Below are positions 24,055-36,600 of a stretch of DNA of 64,000 bases, piece after piece. Each line of letters begins with the position of its first letter. Within the stretch, counting starts at the first letter, position 1. A program made the position numbers and the translations under genes. A model generated the notes under the pieces. It was not told the DNA's origin. It saw nothing but the letters and a program-made list of their open reading frames with translations, and ran no database searches. The DNA comes from Rebecca billardiae RCC1528 (lineage: Eukaryota; Protista; Haptophyta), in assembly GCA_965240325.2 (NCBI GenBank), contig OZ251226.1, forward strand, positions 2,046,001 to 2,110,000, in the 5' to 3' direction.

Positions 24055-26036
24055 AATTCCCCTTTATAGCGGGCTCCGGGTGATCAGACTAATTCTGATG
24101 TATGATTTAACTTTAGACACAGGCACGAGGGCGCAGCTCTCCTGATTCGTCTGTCGAAGTACTGATTGGAGACGACAGAGGGTGTGAGCGTGTTGGCCGC
24201 GGGTGAGGACCTAGTCGTCGCCGATGCTGATCACACGGAGGCAGTAGGCCGGTGTATAAGTAGGTGCCCAGGGATGCCGCTGTAGTATTTGCAGTCGTCG
24301 CCCGGGCCTTGGTCATCATGTACTGTTGTATTAATCCCGAATAATTTCCTACGTGCACGATTTCTTTTCCTCTCCAGGCGGTTGGCTCCGACCGTCCGGA
24401 TGGTCGAAGTACCCGCCGGTACTGCCTGCAGAGCTGCAGGCGAAAGCTGCGCTGCCAGTTACGTACTGTATGGCGGCCGTTTGCCCCGGCGCTGACCACA
24501 TTTCCGTGGCCCACCGCTTTTGCATCCGTTTCTGAGGACCTGCACCGCCCGCTCGTCCGCACGGACGGCGCTGCTGACGACGTCCGCAGGGATACTGTGG
24601 TAAGCCCCTGCGTGACAGGGGAACTGGTAAGGCGGAATAAACATCGGCATGTACTTGTACGCGTCGACGTTCCGAGGCCGTGTTCGAGTTGCGGATGCCG
24701 TGGTGCAGATAGTGGATGGGGTCGCCCTGGCCGGTGTGCGCGGCCTTGGTCTTGCCGAGTTGCGGAAGTAGTCGCCCTTGCCGTTGAGGAAGTCGTCGCC
24801 CTGGCCGTTGAGGAAGTCGTCGCCCTGGCCGCTGAGGATGCCTGCGCTGCCCAACCGGGCGCGTCTGGCGCGCCAGCGCCACGCGCGGCTCTACGCCAGC
24901 GACGGCGGCACGGCGGCAGCCGGATCACGGGGGGCTGCACCGGGGGGAGGGGCGGTGCGAGCCTGCTTGGCTGGCACTGGCGGCCGAAACCCGGCCCTTT
25001 CTTTGAGTAGCCGAACCAGATGCCGCCGCCGCCGCCCCCGAAGGGCGTCGGCAAGGTTGGTCGTCGTAGACGTGCTCGCTGCGATGACGCACTTGGTCGG
25101 GCAGACGCACAGCGTCCTTCTGCGCCGTCCTGCGCCACCAGACTCGCGTCTGCTCATGTCCTCCGCGCCTTGAGGATACGACCACGCACGTGCACTGCCT
25201 CTCGCTTCGCGCAAACTTGTATGCGCGCGCCGCGCGCCGAGCGCAACCCGAGCCCCGAGGCGCGCATCCCAGGAACGTCTGAGCCACGTAACAGTACAGT
25301 CGTAGACTCGCGCCGTGTGCCCAGCCACTTCATGCTCGTGCGTGCCTTTGCTCTGCCTCGGCAGACAAGGCGCCCTTGTCTCTGGCTGAACGTGGCCTGC
25401 GCCTGCGGCCAGCGGCGCAAAGGCCCGCTCTCATGACTCATCAGATGCTGATGCGGGCCTTCACTCTCCAGCTGATCGTCGCGGTGCGAGGTCGCAACGC
25501 GCTCGACGTGCAAGCTCGGCTCCAGTGGTTCCCCGCCTCGCTACCGCCCCGCTGGACCCCATTGGAATATCTACTAGGACTGGACGCGTGGCCACCTCAG
25601 GCCCTGGGGGGAGGAGCATCGCCATGTCGATGGGGCTCTGGTTCCGACGAACCGTAATTATTACATTTCACCACACCACTACAGTTTACTATTAATTAAG
25701 AGACGCACACAGCTCAGGCAGGCGAGATCACAGTACCTGTACTTTATCTATGACGGGCTCCGAGTAGTAAAGTAGACATCTAGTAGAGTAGTAGCAGACA
25801 ATAGTAACCGGCCGGATACAGGAGCCATACTACTTCATCTGATGCGAAATCTCCCTTCGCCAAAGGAATCCAAAGGATGCTCACACAAGCGAGTATCATA
25901 ACCTGATATACTATCTGATGCGAAATCTCCCTTCGCCAAAGGATTCGAAGCTCTCCAACTTGATGAAGAAGGATGCGCTCAAACGATGGTACAGTAACCT
26001 GATTTTTCCTCTGTCTACCCCCATACTGTATCACAG

Positions 26037-27411
26037 AGGCCACTTCACCGAAATCCAGGTTGGGGAGGATCTCCGCTGCACTGGTGGGGAGGATGTCATC
26101 CTCCCCCCCACGGCTGGGAAGGATGTCCGCCGCCAGGTCCGCCGCGCTGTCCGGTCTTTCGCCGCTGACAAAACTTTCGAAAACGAAAGTCGCGCCATGG
26201 CGGACCCGGTGTTCCCGCCCGGCGGCGAAAGGGGCGCGGGGCCGGTGGCTCGCGATCCGAAGGGCAGTAGCTCGCGACCTCGTTTGGGCGGTGGCAGCGG
26301 CGCTGTGGCACGGCGTGTACCATCCGCGCGGCTGTGCGCGATCGCGCGGTCCCGTTCGTCGCCACGCCGCGCGCGACCGTTCACGCCACAGTCTTTCCGC
26401 ACTGGCATGCACCCCTTGCAAGCGCATGACGGCGGAGAGCTCAGAGAGCCCGTCACGCGCGTGACGACCGTGTGCGTGACGACCGACAAGCTGTACAACC
26501 CATCCCACACGGTTGTACAGCCTGGGTCGGAGACGAGCACCGCTCGCATGCCCAGCCGCGTGCGCGCTCTGGGCTGGCCAAGCGCTTGCGCTCATCGGTC
26601 CGCGCTCACGCGCGGCGGACTCCCCGGCGTAGGCGTGGCAGAGGGCTATCCGACCCGCCCAGTCGGGCACGGCGCGGCCGCGAAGGCCGAGCTGCCGCGG
26701 CGGCAGCACCGCGGGCGGAGAGGGCGAAGCAACACATGCGCTGCAGCTGCGGAGCGCACGCGCGCCCTCGTCTGCGCCACGCGCGCGTGGCGCGACGCGG
26801 CGGCGAGTGATGAGGCACCAGCCGCAGCATCTGAGCAGCGGTCAGCTTTGCGCGCGCAGCGCGTGGCCGGGCCTGGTCACGAGCCGAGCTTGGCGCTTGT
26901 CGGTGGGCGGGCGTATGACATGAGCTACCTCGCACGCGCACGCGCCGCGCTGAAAGCATCGGTATCGGCTCGCCACGCGACCGCGCTTGCGACGCTGCAG
27001 CCGAACAGGGCGTCGCCGGCAGTCCGGCGGCCCGCGGCGGCGGAGGAGGCGCACACGCGCGGTTCCGCGGCGCGCGCGGGTTCGGTCCACCCAAGCGCCG
27101 CTGCGCGAGCGCTCGCGACGGCCCGTGATCGGCGCCGCGGACCGCGCCGGGCGCGAGACAGCGCGCGAGGGCGGCAGGCGGCGTTTGCTATGATCTCGCG
27201 CCAAATCGCTATGATCTCCCGGGCAGGCGCGCTGCCCGGTACGCCCTGGAGCGTACCGGGCAGAGGCCGGTACGCCCAGTGCGGGCGAAGGCCGGTACGC
27301 CGTGCGTACGCGACGGATTTCGGTGGAGTTCTGATCAGAGTGGACTGACTCCCAGTGCAGCGGAGATCTTGGAGATCCTCCCCATCAACCTGGATTTCGG
27401 TGAAGTGGCCT
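26037..27411. mobile_element. Non-autonomous PIF/Harbinger-like element, 1375 bp, CAG target-site duplication
   Basis: TIR AGGCCACTTCACCGAAATCCAGGTTG...GAGGATCTCC...GCTGCACTGG (~50 bp with indels). CAG flanks both ends (26034-26036, 27412-27414). A 3-bp CWG TSD is known for Harbinger elements. Confidence 0.8.
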
Positions 27412-27634
27412 CAGCCCGTTATAAATAATAAGGGGGAATTAAAACGAGCGATATTGGATACCCGCGAGGGCGACGAAGATGCGGCGCAGAGTTGACGAAC
27501 GGAGCCTCATCAAGGGCTGCCCCCATCGCCCTCGAGACGCGTGGCGCACCCACTCACCACTCGGCAGTTCCACGGGCGGGATCCCGCGCGTGCTAGCTCG
27601 CCATCGCTCTCGCTCGGCGGCACCGCTGCGTACT

Positions 27635-30600
27635 ATGCCCTCCTCCTCATCCTCATCCTCTTTTCGAGCTCCGTTGCGCGTCGTCGTCGCAGTGGGTGTG
27701 CTGTGTGCGCTCGCACGCGTGCCGGGCGTCACGGCGCAAAACCCGCCGCCGAGCCCGCCGCCCTCGCCTCCGCCCGGCGTGCCCAACTCGGCGGTGGAGG
27801 TGTCCCTCGGTCACGCGCACACGTGCGTGCGCACGCCCGGCACCACGGTCTGCTTCGGCCGGAACCAGTTCGGCCAGTCTGGCAACGGCGGTGCCGACCG
27901 GCTCTGGACGGCGCCGTATCCGGACGCGCTCAACGTCGACTTTGGCGGCGAGCTCATCGTCGACGCGAGTGCTGGGTACGAGCACACTTGTGCGGTGCTG
28001 GCCTCTGGTGAGGCGTACTGCTTCGGTGGGGGCTCGCGAGGCGAGCTCGGCCAATTCGACACAGTGAACTACCGCGCCGACACGCTGTACTCCACGCAGT
28101 ACCCGCTCGCCCTCGGTGGCGCGGGCACGCGCGCCCTCAAGGTGGCGGGCAGGCAGGACTTCTCGTGCGTCGTGCACGAGGCTGCTGGCACATCGGCGCT
28201 CAGCTGCTTCGGCATGAACAACGGCTACCAAATTGGCGTGGAGGCGCAGTCGACTGGGTCCATCCTCGCGCCGAGCGTGGTCAGCCTGGGCGCGGACGTG
28301 CTGCAGGTCGTCGACGTGGACTGCGGCGTGTACCACTCGTGCGTGATTGTGTCGCTGAGCGGCAAGACCGGCAACCGGCTCAAGTGCTTTGGTGCACGCT
28401 CGCGACGAGCCACGCGCGCGCACGTCCAGCGGGCCAGCCCTACGCACGGGGTGGCTGGCCGTGCGGCGCGACGAGCACTGCGCGCTGCGTGCTGACGCCC
28501 CCGCCGCCCTCCCTCCCATCGACCTCATCAATGCACTGCGCGCGCCGGACGGATCCGTCGCCCTACAGGCAAGAACAATCTGGGCCAGCTCGGCTACGAC
28601 GACAACGTTAGGCGTAGCAACGTGCCCAGTGTGATGGGTGACGCCCTGCCCGAGGTCGACCTCTCGCACAACGTGGGCGCCGACTTCCACGTGGTGCGCG
28701 TGAGTGCTGGCGCTGATGGGACGTGCGCGCTGCTGTGCGCCGCCCCGTGCAACCCCGAGGCCGACGTGCTGTACGCCAAGTGCTGGGGCTCAGGCTACAA
28801 ATACATGCTCGGCTACGGTACGTTGCGCGCGGACCTGAGCGCGAGCGTTGCCCTCGCCCTGCTCGCGATGCCTCGCGCCGGGCACGCATATCGCTGACGC
28901 ACACTTCCTTTGATGATTGGCGACACGCGCGCCCACCGTCGACGAGCAGGCAGCAGCACTGACAACCTGGGCGACGGGACCGGCGAGATGGGCGCGCTCG
29001 AGCCGCTCGCCCTGCTGCACGCAGGCGGGCAGCAGAGCGTTGTCGACGTGTCCATCTTCGGTTACGCGTGCGCGGTGTACTCGGACACGACCGACACGAC
29101 GAGCGGCAACAAGCTCAAGTGCTGGTGCGCGCCGCGGGCCACCCGAAGCAAGCACGCGCGCGCCTCTGTGTGCTGACCGCTTCCGCACTCGTGCGCCCCG
29201 GCACGCACGCAGGGGGCTCAACCAGTTCGCCAAGCTCGGCCTCGACGAGAGCGACGAGGCCGCTGAGTTTGCAAACGACGCGAGCCTGCCAACAGTGGAC
29301 GTGTCGCTCTCCACGCCGGTCTATGTGCTCCGCGTGAGCACCGGCCTGTACCAGACCTGCTGCATCTACACGGACGCGACCTCGCCGGATGCGTCGCTCG
29401 TCAAGTGCTGGTGCGCGCTCGCACACGCCCGCTCATGGCCGCTGCTGCTCCGCATATAGCTGCGCGCGAGCGTGTGCGCACGCGCGCCTGACTTGAGCAC
29501 GGCGCGTGCCGCGCGATGCCTACCGCGCAGGGGGTACAACGTTCACGGGCAGCTGGGGCAGCCGACTGCATCCGATCCGATCGGCTCGGGCGCCCCGACG
29601 CTGCTCGCAGACGTGCCGCCCGTTGCGCTTGGCTTCACCGACGCGCCTTTTCCGCCGCCGCCGTCGCCGCCGTCGCTGCCGGCGCCGCCACCAAGCCCGC
29701 CGCCGCCGCCAAGCCCGCCGCTGCTGCCCGTGCCAGACCCCACCGACGTGGCGATCGGCAGGGGCCACACGTGCGTCCTCTCGACGAGGGGCGCGGTGTG
29801 CTGGGGCGACAATAGGAACCAGCCGGTGATGGCAGCGAGCGGCAATGAACGGTACGTGTCCGCAGGGATGTCGCTGCTCGACGAGGACATTGTGGGCGCA
29901 GCGTACAGCGCAGACCCAGTCGTCCAAGTGAGCGCCGGGTTGGAGAGCACGTGCGCACTGCTCGCGAGCGGGGCCGCGTACTGCTTCGGCACCAACTCGA
30001 ACGGCATCCTCGGACAAGGCAGCTCAGCGAGCTGGAGGATTGGCCTCAACGTGGCGGCGAGCACTCCGCCCATCAACCTCGGCGGCAAGCGCGCGATGCA
30101 GATCAGCATCTCCGAGTCGCACACGTGTGCCTCCGTGGATGCGGCGAGCGCCGGGTACGCGACTGAGCTGTACTGCTGGGGCAGAAATGCCGACGGCGAG
30201 CTCGGCGTGGGCTCGACGACGGTTCTGTACGAGCCTCAAGTCGCTGCCATCGAGCTGGGCTCGGGCGTGACGCGCGTGTGGCAAGTCGCAGCCGGCGTGT
30301 ACACGACGTGCGCCGTGCTCTCCTTGCCAGATCCTGCCGTGAGCGGCAGCACCGGCCGCCGGCTCAAGTGCTGGGGTGCGCGCACGCGCGATGCGGGGCG
30401 CGGCGCCGACACGCGCGCCCCCCGCACGGTGGAGCTGATGCGTCCGGCGTGCACGTTGACGCGACGCTCACGCGCACCGCACCCTGCATGCTGATGGGCG
30501 CCACTGCGCTGCGTGCGCGCCCTTGCGTGTGTCGCGCCGCGCAGGTAGCAACGCCCAGCATCAGCTCGCCAATCTGGTTCCGAGTACGGCGGACAAGCTT

Positions 30601-33600
30601 GGCGACGCGCCCGGCGAGATGGGCGACGCGCTGCCGATCATGGACCTTTCGAACGACGTCGTGCCTGCGGGTACGGACTACGATGTGCTGAGCGTCGCTT
30701 TGGGCTCACGCAGCTCGACGCCGTGCGCAATCGTGCAGGCCTCCGGCGAGCCACGAAAGCTCAAGTGCTGGGGGGCTTTGGGTTCCTACGCGTACTGTGC
30801 GCGCCCTCGCGCCCGCGGACCGCATTGCGCACGTGCCAGCCCGCAGCTCGCGCCGCGCCCCGCAGCGTGTGCGCACAGGGCGGAAGCGCCGCTCACGCGG
30901 CTCATGCCCATCACACCGCGCACGCGCAGTCAACGACGCGAGCGTGGGCCTCTCCGGCGAGCCGACTCACCCGGTGAACGACCTGAGCACGCTGACCGCG
31001 GTGAAGATGCTCTTCACCGCGGACGGGAGCGCGCTCGACATGCCCAACCAAGACGTCACCCATGCCGCCACTGACATCTCCACCATCTGCGCAGCGTACC
31101 GCAACATGTCTGCCCCAGCCGAGGACGACGCGGTCAAGTGCTGGTGCGTGCACTCGCACACACGCGTGCACGTCAGGCGCGCCGATGATCCCCATCGCAT
31201 GCATGCGCCCGCACGAGGGCGGGGGCGTGCACTGCGCGCGCTCATCGGCTGTTGGTGCACCGCAGCGCGCATATGCCTCCTGCTGCGCGCTCATGATGTG
31301 TCGTGCGCGCGCGTCGGCGCATGCGGGCGCGTGTCACACTGCAGGGGATACAATAATTACAAGACGCTCGGCTGGCCCCAGCCCTATCCTGACGCCCAAG
31401 GCTCGAGTTGGGCAGGGTACCATTCAAACTCAGCCACCGCGGGCAAGGTGTCCATCTCCGTGTCCCCGCCCGTGCGCGTGCTCAAGCTGGCCACCAGCAC
31501 AAAAGCAACGTGCGCTGTGTACACGGACGGCACGTCGACTGACGGCGGCGCCGAGCCGCACCTGAAGTGCTGGTGCGCGCGCAAGCGGCCTTGTTCCTCT
31601 CCGCCCTGCTGCGTGCGCCCTGCACACGGCCAGGGTGGCGTGAGCGTCTGCATGCGACGCTCACCAGTTCTCCGGGCCGCGCGCACGCGCCCGACTGCAC
31701 CAGGGGAGCGAATGACAAGGGCATGCTCGGCCAGCCGAGCACATTCATCGAGCCAAGGCCATACGTGGTGGCGAACATCCCGCCGGTGGACTTTGCGTTC
31801 CCGCTGCACCCGCCGTCTCCGCCGCCGAGCCCGGCCCCGCCGCCCTCGCCTCCGCCGAGCCCGCCGCCGCCGGCGCCACCGAGTCCGCCGCCCTCGCCTC
31901 CGCCCGGCGTGCCCAACAAGGTCACTGACGTGACCATCGGCAGGCACACTGTGTGCGCGAGCACGCCGAGCACTACGGTGTGCTGGGGCATCAACACCAA
32001 CGGCCAGGTGGGCAGCACCATGGGCAGTCGGATGTGGGCGCCGCCGTATCCTGCCGCGCTCAACACGGAGTTTGGCGGCGAGGTCATCGAGCACGCGAGC
32101 TCTGGGAAGATTCACAGCTGCGTCGTGCTCGCGTCGGGCGCTGCGTACTGCATTGGCTATGGCTACTGGGGCCAGCTGGGGCAGGGTGACACGGTCAACC
32201 ACCTGGCGGACGATCTGTACGCGGCGAGTCAGCCGATCGCGCTCGGCGCGGGCGCACGCGCGGTGCGCGTCTTTGCTGCCTGGCAGCACTCGTGCGTGTT
32301 GCACGAGAGCAGCGGCACGCGCGCGCTGAGCTGCTTTGGGCACAACAATGGCGGCCAGGTGGGCAGCTGGAGCGCGGGGGATACGATCCTCGTGCCCACA
32401 CTCGTGCCGCTCGGTTCGGACGTGCTGCAGGTCGTCGACGTCGCTGCGAACAAGGAGCACACGTGCGCGATCGTCTCGCTGAGCGGGAAGAGTGGCGACC
32501 GCCTCAAGTGCTGGGGTGCGCGCGCGCCGCATACCCGCGAGTGCCGCCCATGCGCTTGGCTGCAGTCTGCCGATGCTCGCGCGACGCGCCGACGGTGCGA
32601 CCCTGCGCCTGCGTTGCTCGCTCGCCTGCGTGCATCAGGCACTGGCGGCAGGGGTCGTCTCGGCTACGACGATGCGCTCTCTCGCGGCCTGGACAGCGCC
32701 GTGATGGGCGACGCCCTGCCCGAGGTCGACCTCTCTCCCAACGTGGGCTCCCACTTCCACGTGGAGCGCGTGAGTGCTGGCACGGAGTCGACGTGTGCGA
32801 TGCTGTGCGCTGCGCCGTGCACACCCGAGACGGACACGATGTACGCCAAGTGCTGGGGCTACGGCCTCTTCTCCAGGCTCGGCTACGGTGCGCAGCGTTG
32901 CACGCGCTGTGTTGGCACGCGCTCGGCGTGCGCACAGCTGCTCAGCTGCTTTGGCGCACGCGTCGCGCCTTCCCTCGCGAGCAGGCAACAGCAACCTGGA
33001 CGTGGGCGATTCCGTCGGCGAGATGGGCTCATTGGCGCCAATCGATCTGCACACAACAGGCACGCAGAGTGTGCTCGACGTCTCCAGCTTCGGGACATAC
33101 TCGTGCGCAGTCTACTCCGACTCGAGTGCGCCGAGTGGCAACAAGCTCAAGTGCTGGTGAGTGCTACAGTGAAGCACTGCGTGCGGCGCGCACACCGACA
33201 GCGCATCCCATCCTCACCTGTGCGCGTGATGTGTGCTCTGCACGGCGCGCAGGGGGCGCAACGGGGATGCCGTGCTCGGTCTCGACGAGAGCGACCTCAC
33301 TGCCGTCTTCCCCAATGACGCCAGCCTGCCCGCAGTGGTGGTGTCGAGCGCCGCACCAGTGTCTGTGCTGCGCGTGTGGGCGGGAGAGTTTGTCGCGTGC
33401 TGCCTCTACACGGACGCGACGTCGCCTGTCGATTCGCTGCTCAAGTGCTGGTGCGCGGCACTGCGCACCGCGCGGCGCGGCGTGGTGCATGGCTCGTGCT
33501 TGCATGCGCGGGAAGGCAGTTTGCGTGCGCTCCGGAGCTCGGGCGGTCAGGGGCTGAGAGCGCCCGCGCACGCCCCCGCTGCGCGCGCCATCGCAGGGGG

Positions 33601-36600
33601 CGTAACGATTTGCCTCGGCTCGGCCAGCCGTACACGGGTGATATCATAGGCACGGGCAGTCCGCCGCTGGCAGAGGTGGAGCCGGTGGCGCTGGGCTTCG
33701 CTGACCTGCCGTTCCCACCGCCACCGTCGCCGCCAAGCCCGCCGCCGAGCCCGCCTCCGCCACCGAGCCCGCCGCCGAGTCCACCGCCGCCGGCGCCACC
33801 GAGTCCGCCGCCCTCGCCTCCGCCCGGCGTGCCCAACTCGGCGGTGGAGGTGTCCCTCGGTCACGCGCACACGTGCGTGCGCACGCCCGGCACCACGGTC
33901 TGCTTCGGCCGGAACCAGTTCGGCCAGTCTGGCAACGGCGGTGCCGACCGGCTCTGGGCGGCGCCGTATCCGGACGCGCTCAACGTCGACTTTGGCGGCG
34001 AGCTCATCGTCGACGCGAGTGCTGGGTACGAGCACACTTGTGCGGTGCTGGCCTCTGGCGAGGCGTACTGCTTCGGTGGGGGCTCGCGAGGCGAGCTCGG
34101 CCAATTCGACACAGTGAACTACCGCGCCGACACGCTGTACTCCACGCAGTACCCGCTCGCCCTCGGTGGCGCGGGCACGCGCGCCCTCAAGGTGGCGGGC
34201 AGGCAGGACTTCTCGTGCGTCGTGCACGAGGCTGCTGGCACATCGGCGCTCAGCTGCTTCGGCATGAACAACGGCTACCAAATTGGCGTGGAGGCGCAGT
34301 CGACTGGGTCCATCCTCGCGCCGAGCGTGGTCAGCCTGGGCGCGGACGTGCTGCAGGTCGTCGACGTGGACTGCGGCGTGTACCACTCGTGCGTGATTGT
34401 GTCGCTGAGCGGCAAGACCGGCAACCGGCTCAAGTGCTTCGGTGCACGCTCGCGACGAGCCACGCGCGCGCGCGTCCAGCGGGCCAGCCCTACGCACGGG
34501 GTGGCTGGCCGCGCGGCGCGACGAGCACTGCGCGCTGCGTGCTGACGCCCCCGCCGCCCTCCCTCCCATCGACCTCATCAATGCACTGCGCGCGCCGGAC
34601 GGATCCGTCGCCCTACAGGCAAGAACAATCTGGGCCAGCTCGGCTACGACGACAACGTTAGGCGTAGCAACGTGCCCAGTGTGATGGGCGACGCCCTGCC
34701 CGAGGTCGACCTCTCGCACAACGTCGGCGCCGACTTCCACGTGGTGCGCGTGAGTGCTGGCGCTGATGGGACGTGCGCGCTGCTGTGCGCCGCCCCGTGC
34801 AACCCCGAGGCCGACGTGCTGTACGCCAAGTGCTGGGGCTCAGGCTACAAATACATGCTCGGCTACGGTACGTTGCGCGCGGACCTGAGCGCGAGCGGTG
34901 CCCTCGCCCTGCTCGCGATGCCTCGCGCCGGGCACGCATCTCGCTGACGCACACTTCCTTTGATGATTGGCGACACGCGCGCCCACCGTCGATGAGCAGG
35001 CAGCAGCACTGACAACCTGGGCGACGGGACCGGCGAGATGGGCGCGCTCGAGCCGCTCGCCCTGCTGCACGCAGGCGGGCAGCAGAGCGTTGTCGACGTG
35101 TCCATCTTCGGTTACGCGTGCGCAGTGTACTCGGACACGACCGACCCGACGAGCGGCAACAAGCTCAAGTGCTGGTGCGCGCCGCGGGCCACCCGAAGCA
35201 CGCGCGCGCCCCTGCATGCTGACCGCTTCCGCACTCGTGCGCCCCGGCACGCGCGCAGGGGGCTCAACCAGTTCGCCAAGCTCGGCCTCGACGAGAGCGA
35301 CGAGGCCGCTGAGTTTGCAAACGACGCGAGCCTGCCAACAGTGGACGTGTCGCTCTCCACGCCGGTCTATGTGCTCCGCGTGAGCACTGGCCTGTACCAG
35401 ACCTGCTGCATCTACACGGACGCGACCTGGCCGGATGCATCGCTCGTCAAGTGCTGGTGCGCGCTCGCACACGCCCGCTCGTGGCCGCTGCTGCGCCGCA
35501 TAGCTGCGCTCGAGCGCGTGCGCACGCGCGCCTCACTTTAGCGCGGCGCGTGCCGCGCGATGCCTACCGCGCAGGGGGTACAACGTTCACGGGCAGCTGG
35601 GGCAGCCGACTACATCCGATCCCATCGGCTCGGGCGCCCCGACGCTGCTCGCAGACGTGCCGCCCGTCGCGCTTGGCTTCACCGACGCGCCTTTTCCACC
35701 GCCACCGTCGCCGCCGTCGCTGCCGGCGCCGCCACCAAGCCCGCCGCCGCCGCCGAGCCCGCCGTTGCTGCCCGTGCCGGACCTCACCGACGTGGCGATC
35801 GGCAGGGGCCACACGTGCGTCCTCTCGACGGCGGGCGCGGTGTGCTGGGGCGACAACAATAACAACCCGGTGATGGCTGCGAGCGGATCGTCACGGTACG
35901 TGTCCGCCGGGATGACGCTGCTCGACGAGGACATTGTGGGCGCAGCGTACAGCGCAAACCCAGTTGTGCAAGTGAGCGCAGGTTGGGACAGCACGTGCGC
36001 ACTGCTCGCGAGCGGGGACGTGTACTGCTTCGGGCTCAACTCGAACGGCATCCTCGGGCAGGGCAGCTCAGCGGGCTCGACGATTGGCCTCAACTCGGCG
36101 GCGAGCACTCCACCCATCAACCTCGGCGGCAGGCGCGCGATGCAGATCAGCATCTCCGAGTCGCACGCGTGTGCCTCCGTGGATGCGGCGAGCGCCGGGT
36201 ACGCGACTGAGCTGTACTGCTGGGGCAGAAATGCCGACGGCGAGCTCGGCGTGGGCTCGACGACGATTCTGTACGAGCCTCGAGTCGCTGCCATCGAGCT
36301 GGGCTCAGGCGTGACGCGCGTGTGGCATGTCGCCGCCGGCCTGTACACGACGTGTGCCGTGCTCTCCTTGCCAGATCCTGCCGTGAGCGGCAGCACCGGC
36401 CGCCGGCTCAAGTGCTGGGGTGCGCGCACGCGCGATGCGGGGCGCGCCGCCGACACGCGCGCAGCCCGCACGTTGGAGCTGATGCGTCCGGCGTGCACGT
36501 GGACGCGACGCTCACTCGCACCGCGCCCTGAATGCTGATGGGCGCCACTGCGCTGCACGCCCTTGCGCGTGTCGCGCTGCGCAGGTAGCAACGCCCAGCA

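Noticed and set aside
25838-25943. 30-bp direct repeat containing CTGATGCGAAA as a minimal hammerhead ribozyme
   Set aside because: The repeat is real, but the core lacks CUGANGA and stem II.
25918-27348. 476-aa ORF as a transposase
   Set aside because: No DDE or Myb/SANT motifs recognised, and it starts outside the TIR.
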